A stretch of DNA of 64,000 bases, taken from assembly GCA_035529395.1 (NCBI GenBank), contig DATKWT010000091.1, positions 135 to 64,134 on the forward strand, written 5' to 3'. The position numbers were made by a program, and so were the translations under genes. A model generated the notes under the pieces. That model had not been told where the DNA came from. It saw only the letters and a program-made list of their open reading frames with translations, and made no database searches. Position 1 is the stretch's first letter. Every line of letters begins with the position of its first letter. The stretch comes from Dehalococcoidales bacterium. GTDB taxonomy: Bacteria; Chloroflexota; Dehalococcoidia; Dehalococcoidales; Fen-1064. This document shows positions 33,707 through 42,861 of this stretch, piece after piece.

Positions 33707-35623
33707 CTACTTTGCCGCGGCAGGTACTTCGCTGGGCGGCGATAATTTCACTATGGCATCGTACTGCGGTGGGCAGGCGGTCCGGCAGGTATCACATTTC
33801 ACGCACTTGTCCTGGTCGATGACCTTAATCCTCTTCTTGTTGGGGGTTATTGCTTCCACGGTACAGGTGCCCACGCAGGCGTCGCAGGAACGCTCGCACT
33901 TATCCGGCAGGATGTAGTAGGCTATAAGGTCGCGACACATCAGCGCCGGGCAGCGCCCCTCTCTAATGTGGGCCCGGTACTCGTCCTCGAAATAACGTAG
34001 CGTGGTCAGCACCGGATTGGGTGCCGTCTTCCCTAGACCGCAGAGAGAGCCGGCTCTTATGGCCTCAGCCAGCATCACCAATGTGTCAATATCTTCCTCC
34101 TTGCCCTGTCCCCGTGTGATGTCGTCGAGTATAGCCAGCATTTGCCTGGTCCCGAGACGGCAAAAGGTGCACTTGCCGCAGGACTCACGCTGGGTGAATT
34201 CGAGGAAATAGCGTGCAATTTCCACCATGCAGTCGTCCTCATCGAGGACTACCATCCCCCCGGAGCCCATCATGGCACCTGCTTCGGTCAACGAATCGAA
34301 GTCGATAGGCAGGTCCAGCGCCGATTCCGGCAGACAGCCACCGGAAGGCCCGCCAATCTGGACTGCCTTGAACTGCTTTCCGCCGGGGATGCCGCTGCCG
34401 GCGTCGAAGATGACCTGCCGCAGTGTGGTGCCCATAGGGACCTCCACGAGTCCGGTGTTGACCACCTTGCCGGCCAGGGCGAAGACGGCGGTACCCTTGC
34501 TCTTCTCCGTGCCGATGCCGGTAAACCATTCTGCCCCGTTCTCAATAATGGGCGGTACCGCGGCCAGGGTCTTGACATTGTTGATAATGGTGGGCTTTCC
34601 GTTGAGGCCGCTGGTCGCCGGGTAGGGCGGACGGTGGTGGGGTATTCCTGCTTTCCCTTCCAGTGAGGCAATAAGCGCCGTCTCCTCACCGCAGACAAAG
34701 GCACCGGAACCCTGAAACAGGCGGATATCGAAGTTAAAATCGCTCCCTAGAATGTGCCTGCCGAGGAAGCCAGCTTTGCGAGCCTGGCGGAGGGCAATCC
34801 GCACCCGCTCCACCGCCAGCGGATACTCGGCGCGGACGTAGATATAGCCGTGTTGCGCTCCGATAGCGTGGGCGGTGATGACCATTCCTTCAATCACGGA
34901 GTGAGGGTCGCTCTCAAGGATTGACCGGTCCATGAAAGCACCCGGGTCGCCCTCATCGGCGTTACAGACTACGTACCGTGGCTTTCCCGGTGCCTGACGG
35001 CATATCTCCCATTTCATTCCAGTGGCGAAACCACCCCCACCCCTGCCCCTCAGCCCCGATAATTTCACTTCGTCGATGATATCCTCGGGAGACATCTTGA
35101 GTGCCTTGTCCAGTGCTGAGTAGCCGCCGTTGGCAAGATAGTGGTCAATATCGGTGGGGTCAATGTGTCCACAGTTCCTCAGGACCACCTTCTTCTCATA
35201 GCTGGCGCGGGGGAAATCGGCGAAACTGGGAATGAAGTCGTTCTCTTCCATCGCGCCGAGAACGAATTCCAGGCAGACGTTATCGCCCACAATGAATTCT
35301 TTGACCAGCCTCTCGGCAATAACGGGGTTGACGTAGCCGTAGCAGATTGCCGGGTACCCTGGCTTGTGAATCACCACCAGTGGCTCGGCGTAACAGTGGC
35401 CCATGCAGCCGACCTCGATAACGGGGCAGTCCAGCCCCTGTCTTTTCAACTCTGCCCTGAGTGTATGGAGAATTTCCAGGGCACCGGCAGCACGACCACA
35501 GGTAGCCGTACCGACCAGTATTACGGGTTTGTCGGAGTTAAACAACTCTGTCCAGCGGGATTCGGCACGTGCCTTTATCTCCTGGAAAGAAGAGGCGATA
35601 GCGGATGATATGATTTCCTTCAC
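33707..35623 (-). CDS. NuoF-like NAD(P)H-binding flavoprotein subunit (HydB/HndC/HoxF-type architecture)
   Basis: An N-terminal thioredoxin-like 2Fe-2S domain, the NuoF core (GLRGRGGGGFATG, CNADEGDPGAF, ESCGKCTFCR) and a C-terminal 2x[4Fe-4S] region (CDACVGTC, CVKCDTCRTACP). Confidence 0.9.
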   Translation of the reverse strand: MKEIISSAIASSFQEIKARAESRWTELFNSDKPVILVGTATCGRAAGALEILHTLRAELKRQGLDCPVIEVGCMGHCYAEPLVVIHKPGYPAICYGYVNPVIAERLVKEFIVGDNVCLEFVLGAMEENDFIPSFADFPRASYEKKVVLRNCGHIDPTDIDHYLANGGYSALDKALKMSPEDIIDEVKLSGLRGRGGGGFATGMKWEICRQAPGKPRYVVCNADEGDPGAFMDRSILESDPHSVIEGMVITAHAIGAQHGYIYVRAEYPLAVERVRIALRQARKAGFLGRHILGSDFNFDIRLFQGSGAFVCGEETALIASLEGKAGIPHHRPPYPATSGLNGKPTIINNVKTLAAVPPIIENGAEWFTGIGTEKSKGTAVFALAGKVVNTGLVEVPMGTTLRQVIFDAGSGIPGGKQFKAVQIGGPSGGCLPESALDLPIDFDSLTEAGAMMGSGGMVVLDEDDCMVEIARYFLEFTQRESCGKCTFCRLGTRQMLAILDDITRGQGKEEDIDTLVMLAEAIRAGSLCGLGKTAPNPVLTTLRYFEDEYRAHIREGRCPALMCRDLIAYYILPDKCERSCDACVGTCTVEAITPNKKRIKVIDQDKCVKCDTCRTACPPQYDAIVKLSPPSEVPAAAK

Positions 35624-36174
35624 TGGTCTTTCTGTTCCTCGGATTCTCTCTCAAGCTTGAACTTGAGCAGTATCCCATCTACTTTTGTAGGCTCCACTTT
35701 GGCTTCAGGAATATCGTCAACTACGGTCACCGGTGCCATGGTGCAGCAGCCTACGCAGGCCACGGTATCAAGGTCAAACTCGCGGTCTGTCGTAGTCTCG
35801 CCTTCGTTTATCTCCAGTCGCCGTTTCCAGGCATCCAGCGTGATGTAGCCACCCTTCATGTGACAGGCTGTACCGAGGCACACCCGGATAGCGTGCTTTC
35901 CCGGCGGGTTGAGGCGGAACTGGTTGTAGAATGTCACCACTCCGTATACGTCTATCTCCGGTATGCCGAGAAATCCGGCGATTTCTTTCATAGCCTCAAG
36001 AGGAAGGTATCCGAGCCTTCCCTGGACCTTCTGCAGAATGGGAATCAGGTTACGTCTCTTACGGCTGAAACCCTTCAGGGCACGCAGGGTCTCCTGGCGG
36101 TGCCAGGCCTGTTCATCTGTGGTGCCGTCGTATGACACGCTGCTTGTTGCTTTCTTTACTATCTTTCCTGTCAT
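35620..36174 (-). CDS. NuoE-like [2Fe-2S] subunit
   Basis: LIPILQKVQ, VCLGTACHMKG and CVGCC. Start trimmed to MTGK (the track begins 23 codons upstream and overlaps the ferredoxin gene). Confidence 0.85.
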   Translation of the reverse strand: MTGKIVKKATSSVSYDGTTDEQAWHRQETLRALKGFSRKRRNLIPILQKVQGRLGYLPLEAMKEIAGFLGIPEIDVYGVVTFYNQFRLNPPGKHAIRVCLGTACHMKGGYITLDAWKRRLEINEGETTTDREFDLDTVACVGCCTMAPVTVVDDIPEAKVEPTKVDGILLKFKLERESEEQKDQ

Positions 36175-36185
36175 GTCTAAGGTGC

Positions 36186-36398
36186 TTACATCGTTACTAT
36201 CCGGATAGCCTGCATGGGACAGGCACGGACGCAATCGCCACACGCCTGACAGAGGGATGGATTGGTCATCGGTATCTCTCCAAAATGCTCCTGTTTGATT
36301 AGCTTACGGGGGCACGCTTCGGCGGCGAGGCAGATTCCATCCTCGCAGTACTCCGGGTGGCACTTCGGGAAGTCCACCAGGGCCATCTTTTCAGGCAC
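36186..36398 (-). CDS. Small ferredoxin-like protein
   Basis: One canonical CQACGDCVRACP motif plus a non-canonical C-x4-C-x4-C-x5-CP. Start is the GTG at 36398 or the ATG at 36386. Confidence 0.65.
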   Translation of the reverse strand: MPEKMALVDFPKCHPEYCEDGICLAAEACPRKLIKQEHFGEIPMTNPSLCQACGDCVRACPMQAIRIVTM

Positions 36399-36546
36399 TC
36401 GCGGCCTTCTCCTGCTTCGCTTTCTCCAGGGCTTCTTCCAGTTCCTCCAGTTGTTGCAGCATAGAGGGTTTCACCGAGTGTGCCGGCCACCTCGCCTTGA
36501 GGTCGGCTATCTCCTCTTCAAGCTGCTTAATCCTGTCCTGGACCAC
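36391..36546 (-). CDS. Small coiled-coil protein (51 aa) with an RWPAHS motif
   Basis: Below the ORF-track cutoff. GTG lies 3 nt after the Fur stop. Sequence is VVQDRIKQLEEEIADLKARWPAHSVKPSMLQQLEELEEALEKAKQEKAASA. Its stop overlaps the ferredoxin start (GTGCCTGA). I recall similar small proteins elsewhere but cannot verify this. Confidence 0.45.
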   Translation of the reverse strand: MVQDRIKQLEEEIADLKARWPAHSVKPSMLQQLEELEEALEKAKQEKAASA

Positions 36547-36549
36547 AGT

Positions 36550-36984
36550 TCAGATATCCTCTCTCTTATCCTTAAAACATTGCCGGCACTGCCCTTCGAG
36601 ATAGAACTCGGTCCTGGTAACGTTGAATCCCTGCTCCTGCTGTATGCTCCTGACCAGCTTACCGATAAGGGGGGTCCGGAACTCTATCACTCTGCCACAT
36701 TCATGGCAAACGAAATGCTGGTGTTCGGCATGACTGCGTATCTCATAGTGGTGGCTCGACCAGCCCAGTCTTTGTTCATCAACCAGGCCCAACTCCTGGA
36801 ACAGGCGCAGGCTCCGGTACACCGTGGCCAGGCTGATAGACGTATCGGCGCTGCTGGCACGACGGTACAGTTCCTTGGCGTCAATATGCCCGCTGGCGTT
36901 GCGTATCAACTCCAGGAGCAGTCGTCTCTGCGCGGTGAGAGGGTATCCTGCTATTGCCTTGTCCAGATTGCGAATGTTTCTCAT
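36550..36984 (-). CDS. Fur-family metalloregulator (paralogue 3)
   Basis: SLATVYRSLRLFQELGLV, HQHFVCHECG and a C-terminal CRQC. ATG at 36984 (the track begins at a TTG two codons upstream). Confidence 0.85.
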   Translation of the reverse strand: MRNIRNLDKAIAGYPLTAQRRLLLELIRNASGHIDAKELYRRASSADTSISLATVYRSLRLFQELGLVDEQRLGWSSHHYEIRSHAEHQHFVCHECGRVIEFRTPLIGKLVRSIQQEQGFNVTRTEFYLEGQCRQCFKDKREDI

Positions 36985-36995
36985 TCTCAACTGAT

Positions 36996-37024
36996 ATTGT
37001 ACTGCGACTCGGCTAGCGTGTCAA
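36996..37024 (-). promoter_or_regulatory. Promoter TTGACA-17 nt-TACAAT for Fur paralogue 3, with only 11 nt between the -10 and the ATG
   Basis: Read on the minus strand as TTGACAcgctagccgagtcgcagTACAATatcagttgagaATG. Confidence 0.6.
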
Positions 37025-37047
37025 TAGACCTCCGGTATGGCCCAGTA

Positions 37048-37764
37048 TCAGTCCTGCCCTGGGTGTTTGCCGGCCACGATGACGACGAACCCGGCTCCGA
37101 TGCGGAAACCAGTCTGTGGCGATTCCGCACGGGTTACTTCGTCCGGCCCTTCAAAGAGGGTTGAGACAGTATTCTGCACGGAGAAGTCACCCCGCTCGAT
37201 GAGGTTTATCAACTCATCATAGCTCCGAAAAATAGCATGGGTATAAAGTGGGTGCCCCTGGTGCTTCATCTCTTTGTATAATTGTGTCCAGGCACTGTGA
37301 GCGGGCATTACGGCCAGTACCAGTTTTCCACCGGGTACGAGAACGCGGTGCACCTCGCGCAGGACGGACAAGGGTTGTTCTATAAAGCACATGGTGGTTA
37401 TCAGGAACACCGCACCGAAACACCGGTCACCAAACGGCAGTTGCTCTCCGCGGGCCAGGAGCACGGCTGTGTCCCGTTGGGATGCGACTTCAATCATTTT
37501 AACTGCAATGTCGACCCCGGTTCCTATCCCCAGTGCTTGAGCGAATCTGCCCGTCCCCACACCTACTTCGAGCCACGGCCCGGAAAGTGAGGGCAGTACC
37601 TGCTGTAAAGACCGTAATTCAGTTTCAAAAACGAGCCTGCCTGCTTCATCGTACCATGCGTCATAGTCCGCAACGGACTCATTGAAGGGGGATGCCGGTA
37701 TACCGGGAACCCCGGTTCCCTTACCGTGTTCTGTCGGTCGGGGTGGCTCTTCAGTGTAAGGCAT
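37048..37764 (-). CDS. Class I SAM-dependent methyltransferase
   Basis: Motif I is LEVGVGTGRF, with a post-I region and PGGKLVL. Start trimmed to MPYTEE. The track's 330-aa version overlaps holA out of frame for ~290 nt. Confidence 0.75.
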   Translation of the reverse strand: MPYTEEPPRPTEHGKGTGVPGIPASPFNESVADYDAWYDEAGRLVFETELRSLQQVLPSLSGPWLEVGVGTGRFAQALGIGTGVDIAVKMIEVASQRDTAVLLARGEQLPFGDRCFGAVFLITTMCFIEQPLSVLREVHRVLVPGGKLVLAVMPAHSAWTQLYKEMKHQGHPLYTHAIFRSYDELINLIERGDFSVQNTVSTLFEGPDEVTRAESPQTGFRIGAGFVVIVAGKHPGQD

Positions 37765-38779
37765 GGCCTGTTTGTACCGGGCGTTGCTGGCACAGTTCGG
37801 TAACGAGGATGCTGAGGGCCAGCTCGGGTTCGTATTTACTCGTCTTGATGGCCAGGTCTGTCTCCAGTAACTGGCGATAGACGTACCTGATTCGCGGCAG
37901 GGAGTATCGGTTGGCTTGCTCCAGGGTCTTGCGTGCGGCGTACTCGTTGGGGATACCGAGTCGGTTGCGAAGCTCGCTGCCGGATATGCGCGGGTTATCC
38001 ACATCCTTCGCTCTGACAATGAGTCGCATCTGGCGGGCAAGCATCGCCAGGAGATGGGATGGGCTGGAGCCCTGCTGAAGGAACTGCTGGAGCAGCTTTT
38101 CCGCGGTCTGCGTGCGGAACTCGACGATAGCGTCCACCATGGCGAAAATGTTGACCTGTTGGGTGTAGCCGACCACCAGGTTGATGTCCTCTTCCTCTAT
38201 TCGTCGCCCGGCGCTGTAGAGGAGCAGCTTCTCAACTTCACTGGACATAATCCAGAGGTCGCTCCCCACCAGTCTCACCAGCAGATTAAGTGCCTGGGGA
38301 GATATGCTACCGTCTTTCTTCCTGACACGTTCCTGCACCCATGGTCTCAGTTCGGCTGGCCGCAGTAGGGGAAAGGACTGCGCCTGTGCCTTGCCGGAGA
38401 GTATTTTGAGCAGGGGATTACTGGCCTTGATATCGTCATCCAGAAGCACCACGATTGTGCTTTCGGGTATCGTCGGGATGTATTGTCCCAGCAGCTTGTA
38501 ATCTTCTGACGAGGTGGTCGTGCGCCGACCCCTGACCTGGCGCCGGGGCCTTCGATTGGGCTCGAAACGTTGCAGCAGACCCGTGATGACGACCAGGCGT
38601 TTTTCCGCCAGAAACGGCGCTGCCTCACAGACCGGCCTCAACTGGTCGACTGTGAGCTGCTGGCCTTCGAGTGTGGTGGTATTCGTTGCCAGTGTTTCCG
38701 GGTCACCGATACCGCCCTTGATGTTATCAAGTGCCCGGGTACGGGAGTAGCTATCCGGTCCTGAGAGTATATACAGCAA
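37751..38779 (-). CDS. holA: DNA polymerase III delta subunit
   Basis: The N-terminus YILSGPD....R and PF..EKRLVV follow the pattern and length typical of HolA. TTG start after GAAAGGTGA. Confidence 0.75.
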   Translation of the reverse strand: MLYILSGPDSYSRTRALDNIKGGIGDPETLATNTTTLEGQQLTVDQLRPVCEAAPFLAEKRLVVITGLLQRFEPNRRPRRQVRGRRTTTSSEDYKLLGQYIPTIPESTIVVLLDDDIKASNPLLKILSGKAQAQSFPLLRPAELRPWVQERVRKKDGSISPQALNLLVRLVGSDLWIMSSEVEKLLLYSAGRRIEEEDINLVVGYTQQVNIFAMVDAIVEFRTQTAEKLLQQFLQQGSSPSHLLAMLARQMRLIVRAKDVDNPRISGSELRNRLGIPNEYAARKTLEQANRYSLPRIRYVYRQLLETDLAIKTSKYEPELALSILVTELCQQRPVQTGHALH

Positions 38780-38812
38780 GGTTCACCTTTCCGGTTTGTA
38801 CGGGAATAGTGT

Positions 38813-40381
38813 CTAGGTGGGAATGATGCCGTGTTTCCTGGCGGGTCCTTCTTCCACTTTGTCCAGAGCCATCTCCAGGGCAGCAATCAGTGTCGGACGG
38901 GTCTCGGCAGGGTTAATAACATCGTCGATATGCAGGTGCTCGGCGGCGCGGTAGGGGTTGGCGAACTCCTCCCGGTATTCCCGTATCTTGGTCTGGAGCA
39001 ATTCGTCGGGGTTTTCGGCCGCTTGCAACTCTCGGCGATAGATTATCGGTGCGGCTCCTTCCGCCTCCATGACAGCCAGCACTGTCGATGGCCAGCAGAA
39101 AACAGCGTCGGTACCGAGGTCTTTACCGCACATCCCGAGGTAGGACCCGCCGTATGCCTTTCGGATAGTGAGGGTCAGCTTGGGCACGGTGGCCTCAGAA
39201 TAGGCAAAGAGCATCTTGGCCCCATGCCTGATGATGCCGCCCCACTCCTGGTCGGTACCGGGCATGTATCCGGGCACATCCACCAGGTTGACAACCGGGA
39301 TGTTGAAGGCGTCGCAGAAACGGATGAAGCGGGACGCCTTGTCGCAGGCGTCGATATCGAGCGCTCCCGCCTTGGACATCGGCTGGTTGGCGATAATTCC
39401 CACGGAGCAGCCATTGAGCCGGGAAAAGCAGGTGATGATGTTGGTGGCGAACAAGGGGAATAGCTCAAAGAAATTCGGCCTTCCGTCCTGGCGCTGGTCG
39501 AAGATACTCTTAATCAGCTTGTGCATGTCGTAGGGACGCCGCAGATTGGCGGGAACAATGTCGAATAGTTTATCGTCGGTACGTTCCGGACTGTCGCCCC
39601 AATCGACCCACGGTGGCGGTTCCCGGTTACTGGATGGGAGGTAGCTGAGGAGTTCCCTGATATTCTGGAAGCAGTCGGCCTCACTGTCTTCCGAACGGCA
39701 GACAACCCCGGATTTCTGCTGGGCGACAATAGCACCGCCGAGCTCCTCTTCACCGATGTCCTGACCGATTGCCGCCTTGACCACCCTCGGTCCGGTAATA
39801 AAGGCATAGCTGATGCCTTTGACCATGAAGATGAAGTCCATCAGTGCCGGTGAATAGACGCCGCCACCAGCAGTCGGTCCGAGGATAGCGCATATCTGGG
39901 GAACTACGCCGGAGGCCATGGTGTTCCTGCGGAAAAGCTGACCGTAGGCAGAGAGTGAATCGACACCGTCCTGGATTCGAGCACCACCGGAATCGTTGAG
40001 GGCTATCACCGGGTAGCCGGTCTTCATGGCACTGTCCATCAGGTCACATATCTTGCGTCCCTGCATCTCGGACATCGTGCCACCCATGCTGGTGAAGTCC
40101 TGCGCATAGATGTACACTCCGCGGCCGTCGACTTTACCGTAGCCGGTTACCACAGCATCGGCGGGTACGTCGCCGTATGAACCACCACGGCTCCTGGCGA
40201 ACATGCCGGTCTCACGGAACGTTCCCTTGTCAAGAAGCATATCAATCCGTTCCCGCGCGGTGAGCTTGCCCCGTTTCGCCTGAGCGGCAACGCGGTCTTC
40301 GCCTCCCATTTCCTTGAGCTTACTCTGACGCTGTTCCAGCTCCGCTAGCTGTTTTTCTTTCTGATTTTTGTCTTCAGTCAT
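38813..40381 (-). CDS. Acyl-CoA carboxylase carboxyltransferase subunit (PccB / methylmalonyl-CoA decarboxylase alpha family)
   Basis: 522 aa. Motifs are GGGARIQDG, the PQI..ILGP.AGGG.YSPA pattern and the C-terminus NPY.AAE....DDVI.P..TR. Confidence 0.9.
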   Translation of the reverse strand: MTEDKNQKEKQLAELEQRQSKLKEMGGEDRVAAQAKRGKLTARERIDMLLDKGTFRETGMFARSRGGSYGDVPADAVVTGYGKVDGRGVYIYAQDFTSMGGTMSEMQGRKICDLMDSAMKTGYPVIALNDSGGARIQDGVDSLSAYGQLFRRNTMASGVVPQICAILGPTAGGGVYSPALMDFIFMVKGISYAFITGPRVVKAAIGQDIGEEELGGAIVAQQKSGVVCRSEDSEADCFQNIRELLSYLPSSNREPPPWVDWGDSPERTDDKLFDIVPANLRRPYDMHKLIKSIFDQRQDGRPNFFELFPLFATNIITCFSRLNGCSVGIIANQPMSKAGALDIDACDKASRFIRFCDAFNIPVVNLVDVPGYMPGTDQEWGGIIRHGAKMLFAYSEATVPKLTLTIRKAYGGSYLGMCGKDLGTDAVFCWPSTVLAVMEAEGAAPIIYRRELQAAENPDELLQTKIREYREEFANPYRAAEHLHIDDVINPAETRPTLIAALEMALDKVEEGPARKHGIIPT

Positions 40382-40456
40382 AAGGTGCTCACTTTCTCCA
40401 TTGTCACTCGTGATACGATAATATACGGGCCGCGGGCGGCTCCTGGAGTAGGAGTC

Positions 40457-41701
40457 TTACTTCCTCTCGAAGACGGCGGCGATACCCAGTCCGCCCCCTC
40501 CGCAAATTGTCTCCAGACCATATCTTACATTACGTCGCTTCATCTCGTGCAGTAGCGTGGTCAACCTTATAGCCCCCGTAGCCCCAACCGGGTGCCCGAG
40601 GCTAATCCCGGAACCGTTAACATTCACCTTGCTCTCGCACTCCGCTTCGGACAGGCCCATTTCCTTGAGGTCCGCCAGCAACTGCCCGGCAAATGCCTCC
40701 TGTACCTCAATTAGTTCTATCTGCCCTATTTCCAGACCTGCCTTTTCCAGCGCTTTATCAACTGCCTTGGGTACTGACAGCCATGCACGTATCGGGTCGG
40801 TACCGGCAACAGCGAATGACCTGAGGTAGGCCAGTGGTTCTATATTCAACTCCTTAGCCCGGTTGCCTGAGACCAGAACCACGGCGGCGGCACCATCGTT
40901 CTCCGAAGACGAGTTACCCGCTGTGGAAACACCGCCAAGTACGGAGCGGAGTTTGGCCAGACGTTCCACCGAGGTATCACGCCGGGGAGTTTCGTCAGTA
41001 TCGACAATAACTGGCTCTCCTCGTGGCTGGGGTACCGCTACCGGGGCAATCTCTTCGGCGAATATACCCGAGTCTATGGCGGCAATTGCTTTCTGGTGTG
41101 CCCTGAGTGCCCAGAGGTCACATTCCTCGCGGGATATGGCTTCCTCCTCGGCGGCCTTATCTCCCCAGACCATCATAGACTGGAGCACACCGAACCTGTC
41201 TATTGGTTGCGACATTACCCTGCCGCGCTGTATACGGTCGTAGAGGGGCATTCCCCACGTGGCGAGACTACCGTGTCCCCGGGGCATATCTCCCGTTCCG
41301 CCGACACCCCACTTTATCGAGCCGGGGATATAGAACTCGGCACTGCTCATATGTTCGACACCACCGGCAACAACGATTTCTGCCTGTCCTGTCTGGATGA
41401 GCATACCGCCGAAGCAAATTGCATCCAAACCGGAGCAACACCGCCGGTCCAGCGTTATGCCGGGAATCTCCACCGGCCATCCGGCGCACAGGAGGGACAT
41501 CCGGGCGATATTTACGTACTCTCCGTTCTGGTAGCACTGTCCCAAAATGACCTGGTCGATGCCCGCGGGAGTAATACTAACCTTCTCAATGGCGGTGTTG
41601 AGCACCAGGGCAGCAAGGTCATAGGCTGGTACATCTCTCAGGGCACCCATGTACCGCCCGATTGGTGTTCGTACCGCACTGACGATGGCAATCTCTTCCA
41701 T
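40457..41701 (-). CDS. Thiolase (acetyl-CoA C-acetyltransferase family)
   Basis: IVSAVRTPIGRY, an active-site Cys region RRCCSGLDAI, and C-terminal NVNGSGISLGHP and CGGGG. Start at MEEIAIV after AAAGGAA. Confidence 0.85.
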   Translation of the reverse strand: MEEIAIVSAVRTPIGRYMGALRDVPAYDLAALVLNTAIEKVSITPAGIDQVILGQCYQNGEYVNIARMSLLCAGWPVEIPGITLDRRCCSGLDAICFGGMLIQTGQAEIVVAGGVEHMSSAEFYIPGSIKWGVGGTGDMPRGHGSLATWGMPLYDRIQRGRVMSQPIDRFGVLQSMMVWGDKAAEEEAISREECDLWALRAHQKAIAAIDSGIFAEEIAPVAVPQPRGEPVIVDTDETPRRDTSVERLAKLRSVLGGVSTAGNSSSENDGAAAVVLVSGNRAKELNIEPLAYLRSFAVAGTDPIRAWLSVPKAVDKALEKAGLEIGQIELIEVQEAFAGQLLADLKEMGLSEAECESKVNVNGSGISLGHPVGATGAIRLTTLLHEMKRRNVRYGLETICGGGGLGIAAVFERK

Positions 41702-41753
41702 GTGGACTATTCCTTTCGTATTCGTCCTACTACCCTGACTCAACCAGTCCGGG

Positions 41754-42086
41754 TTATCCCTGGTCTCGCTGTTCCCCATCCTGCTGGGCCCAGTTCTGCA
41801 TCATCTCCTTAATGCGTCGGGCAAGTTCGGGGCTGGCGCGCAGGCGTTGAATGAATACCGGACAGCCCTCAAGTATCGAGTTCTGGGCGGCGGTTGCCAT
41901 TCCGCCGAGGAGATTCTGTATACCACCGATATCCTCTGACGGTTGGGTACCCATCCCGGCTGTGGTTGATTCGAGTTGGCGGCGAATGTCTTCTACAGTC
42001 AACTTCATCGGCGTCGCGCAGGAGCGATACCAGGGACAGGACCTGCACTGGGCAATGCCGTGCGCTTCATCGAGAATGTCACTCAT
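41754..42086 (-). CDS. Hypothetical 110-aa protein with a CxxC-x5-C motif
   Basis: GAGGAGG RBS lies 8 nt upstream of the ATG at 42086. Contains CRSCPWYRSC. I recognise no family. Confidence 0.5.
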   Translation of the reverse strand: MSDILDEAHGIAQCRSCPWYRSCATPMKLTVEDIRRQLESTTAGMGTQPSEDIGGIQNLLGGMATAAQNSILEGCPVFIQRLRASPELARRIKEMMQNWAQQDGEQRDQG

Positions 42087-42180
42087 ATCTTGGCCTCCTC
42101 TTGGTGGATAACTGGTACACCATCTGGTGATATATAATTGTAACTCCAACAGGCGACTAATGCTAGGCCTGGTATCAGGC

Positions 42181-42861
42181 CTAATACCAGACCAGCCAGT
42201 TGCCCAGCACCAGTACTCCCATGATTACCAGCAGGCTGCCACTGACCATGTATATCACCCTGGAATAGCGATTGATTTTCTTGACCAGTGGAGCGACGAA
42301 ATCAAAGGCGATTCCTACCACCAGGAAAGGTAGCCCCAGGCCCAGGGAATAGACGGCCAGCAGGTATGCACCTTCCCAGGCCGACTGCGAAGTCCAGGCG
42401 ACGGTCAGAACGGTGCCCTGCACCGGTCCGACACATGGTGTCCATGCTACGCTGAATACTGCCCCGGTCAGGAAGGAACGCAGGTAGCCGGTGGCGATAC
42501 TCTTTGAAGGGGCCAGCCGTTTTTCGAAGTTCAGCCAGGGCACCTTGAGCGCGGCCAGCATGATTATACCGAAGAGTATCAGCAGACTACCGGCAGTCCA
42601 GCGTACCAGTGACGAACTGGGGCTGAGCACCACTCCCAACAGCCCGGCACCGGCTCCCACCCCGCTAAATATCAGTGTGAAGCCGAGGACAAAGCAGACG
42701 GAGTGCAGGAATATCGGGAAACGCTTTCTGGTGCCGGCATCGAATATTTCCGGACCATAGAGACTGGCGAAATACACAGGGACCAGAGGTATGACACATG
42801 GCAACAGAAAGGAGGACAGCCCGGCGCCAAAAGCAAATAAAAGTGAAACGTTGTCCGCCAT
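42181..42861 (-). CDS. ccdA: CcdA/DsbD-family thiol:disulfide transmembrane electron transporter
   Basis: Six predicted TM helices with the conserved Cys in LLPCVIPLVP and WTPCVGP. Confidence 0.85.
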   Translation of the reverse strand: MADNVSLLFAFGAGLSSFLLPCVIPLVPVYFASLYGPEIFDAGTRKRFPIFLHSVCFVLGFTLIFSGVGAGAGLLGVVLSPSSSLVRWTAGSLLILFGIIMLAALKVPWLNFEKRLAPSKSIATGYLRSFLTGAVFSVAWTPCVGPVQGTVLTVAWTSQSAWEGAYLLAVYSLGLGLPFLVVGIAFDFVAPLVKKINRYSRVIYMVSGSLLVIMGVLVLGNWLVWY

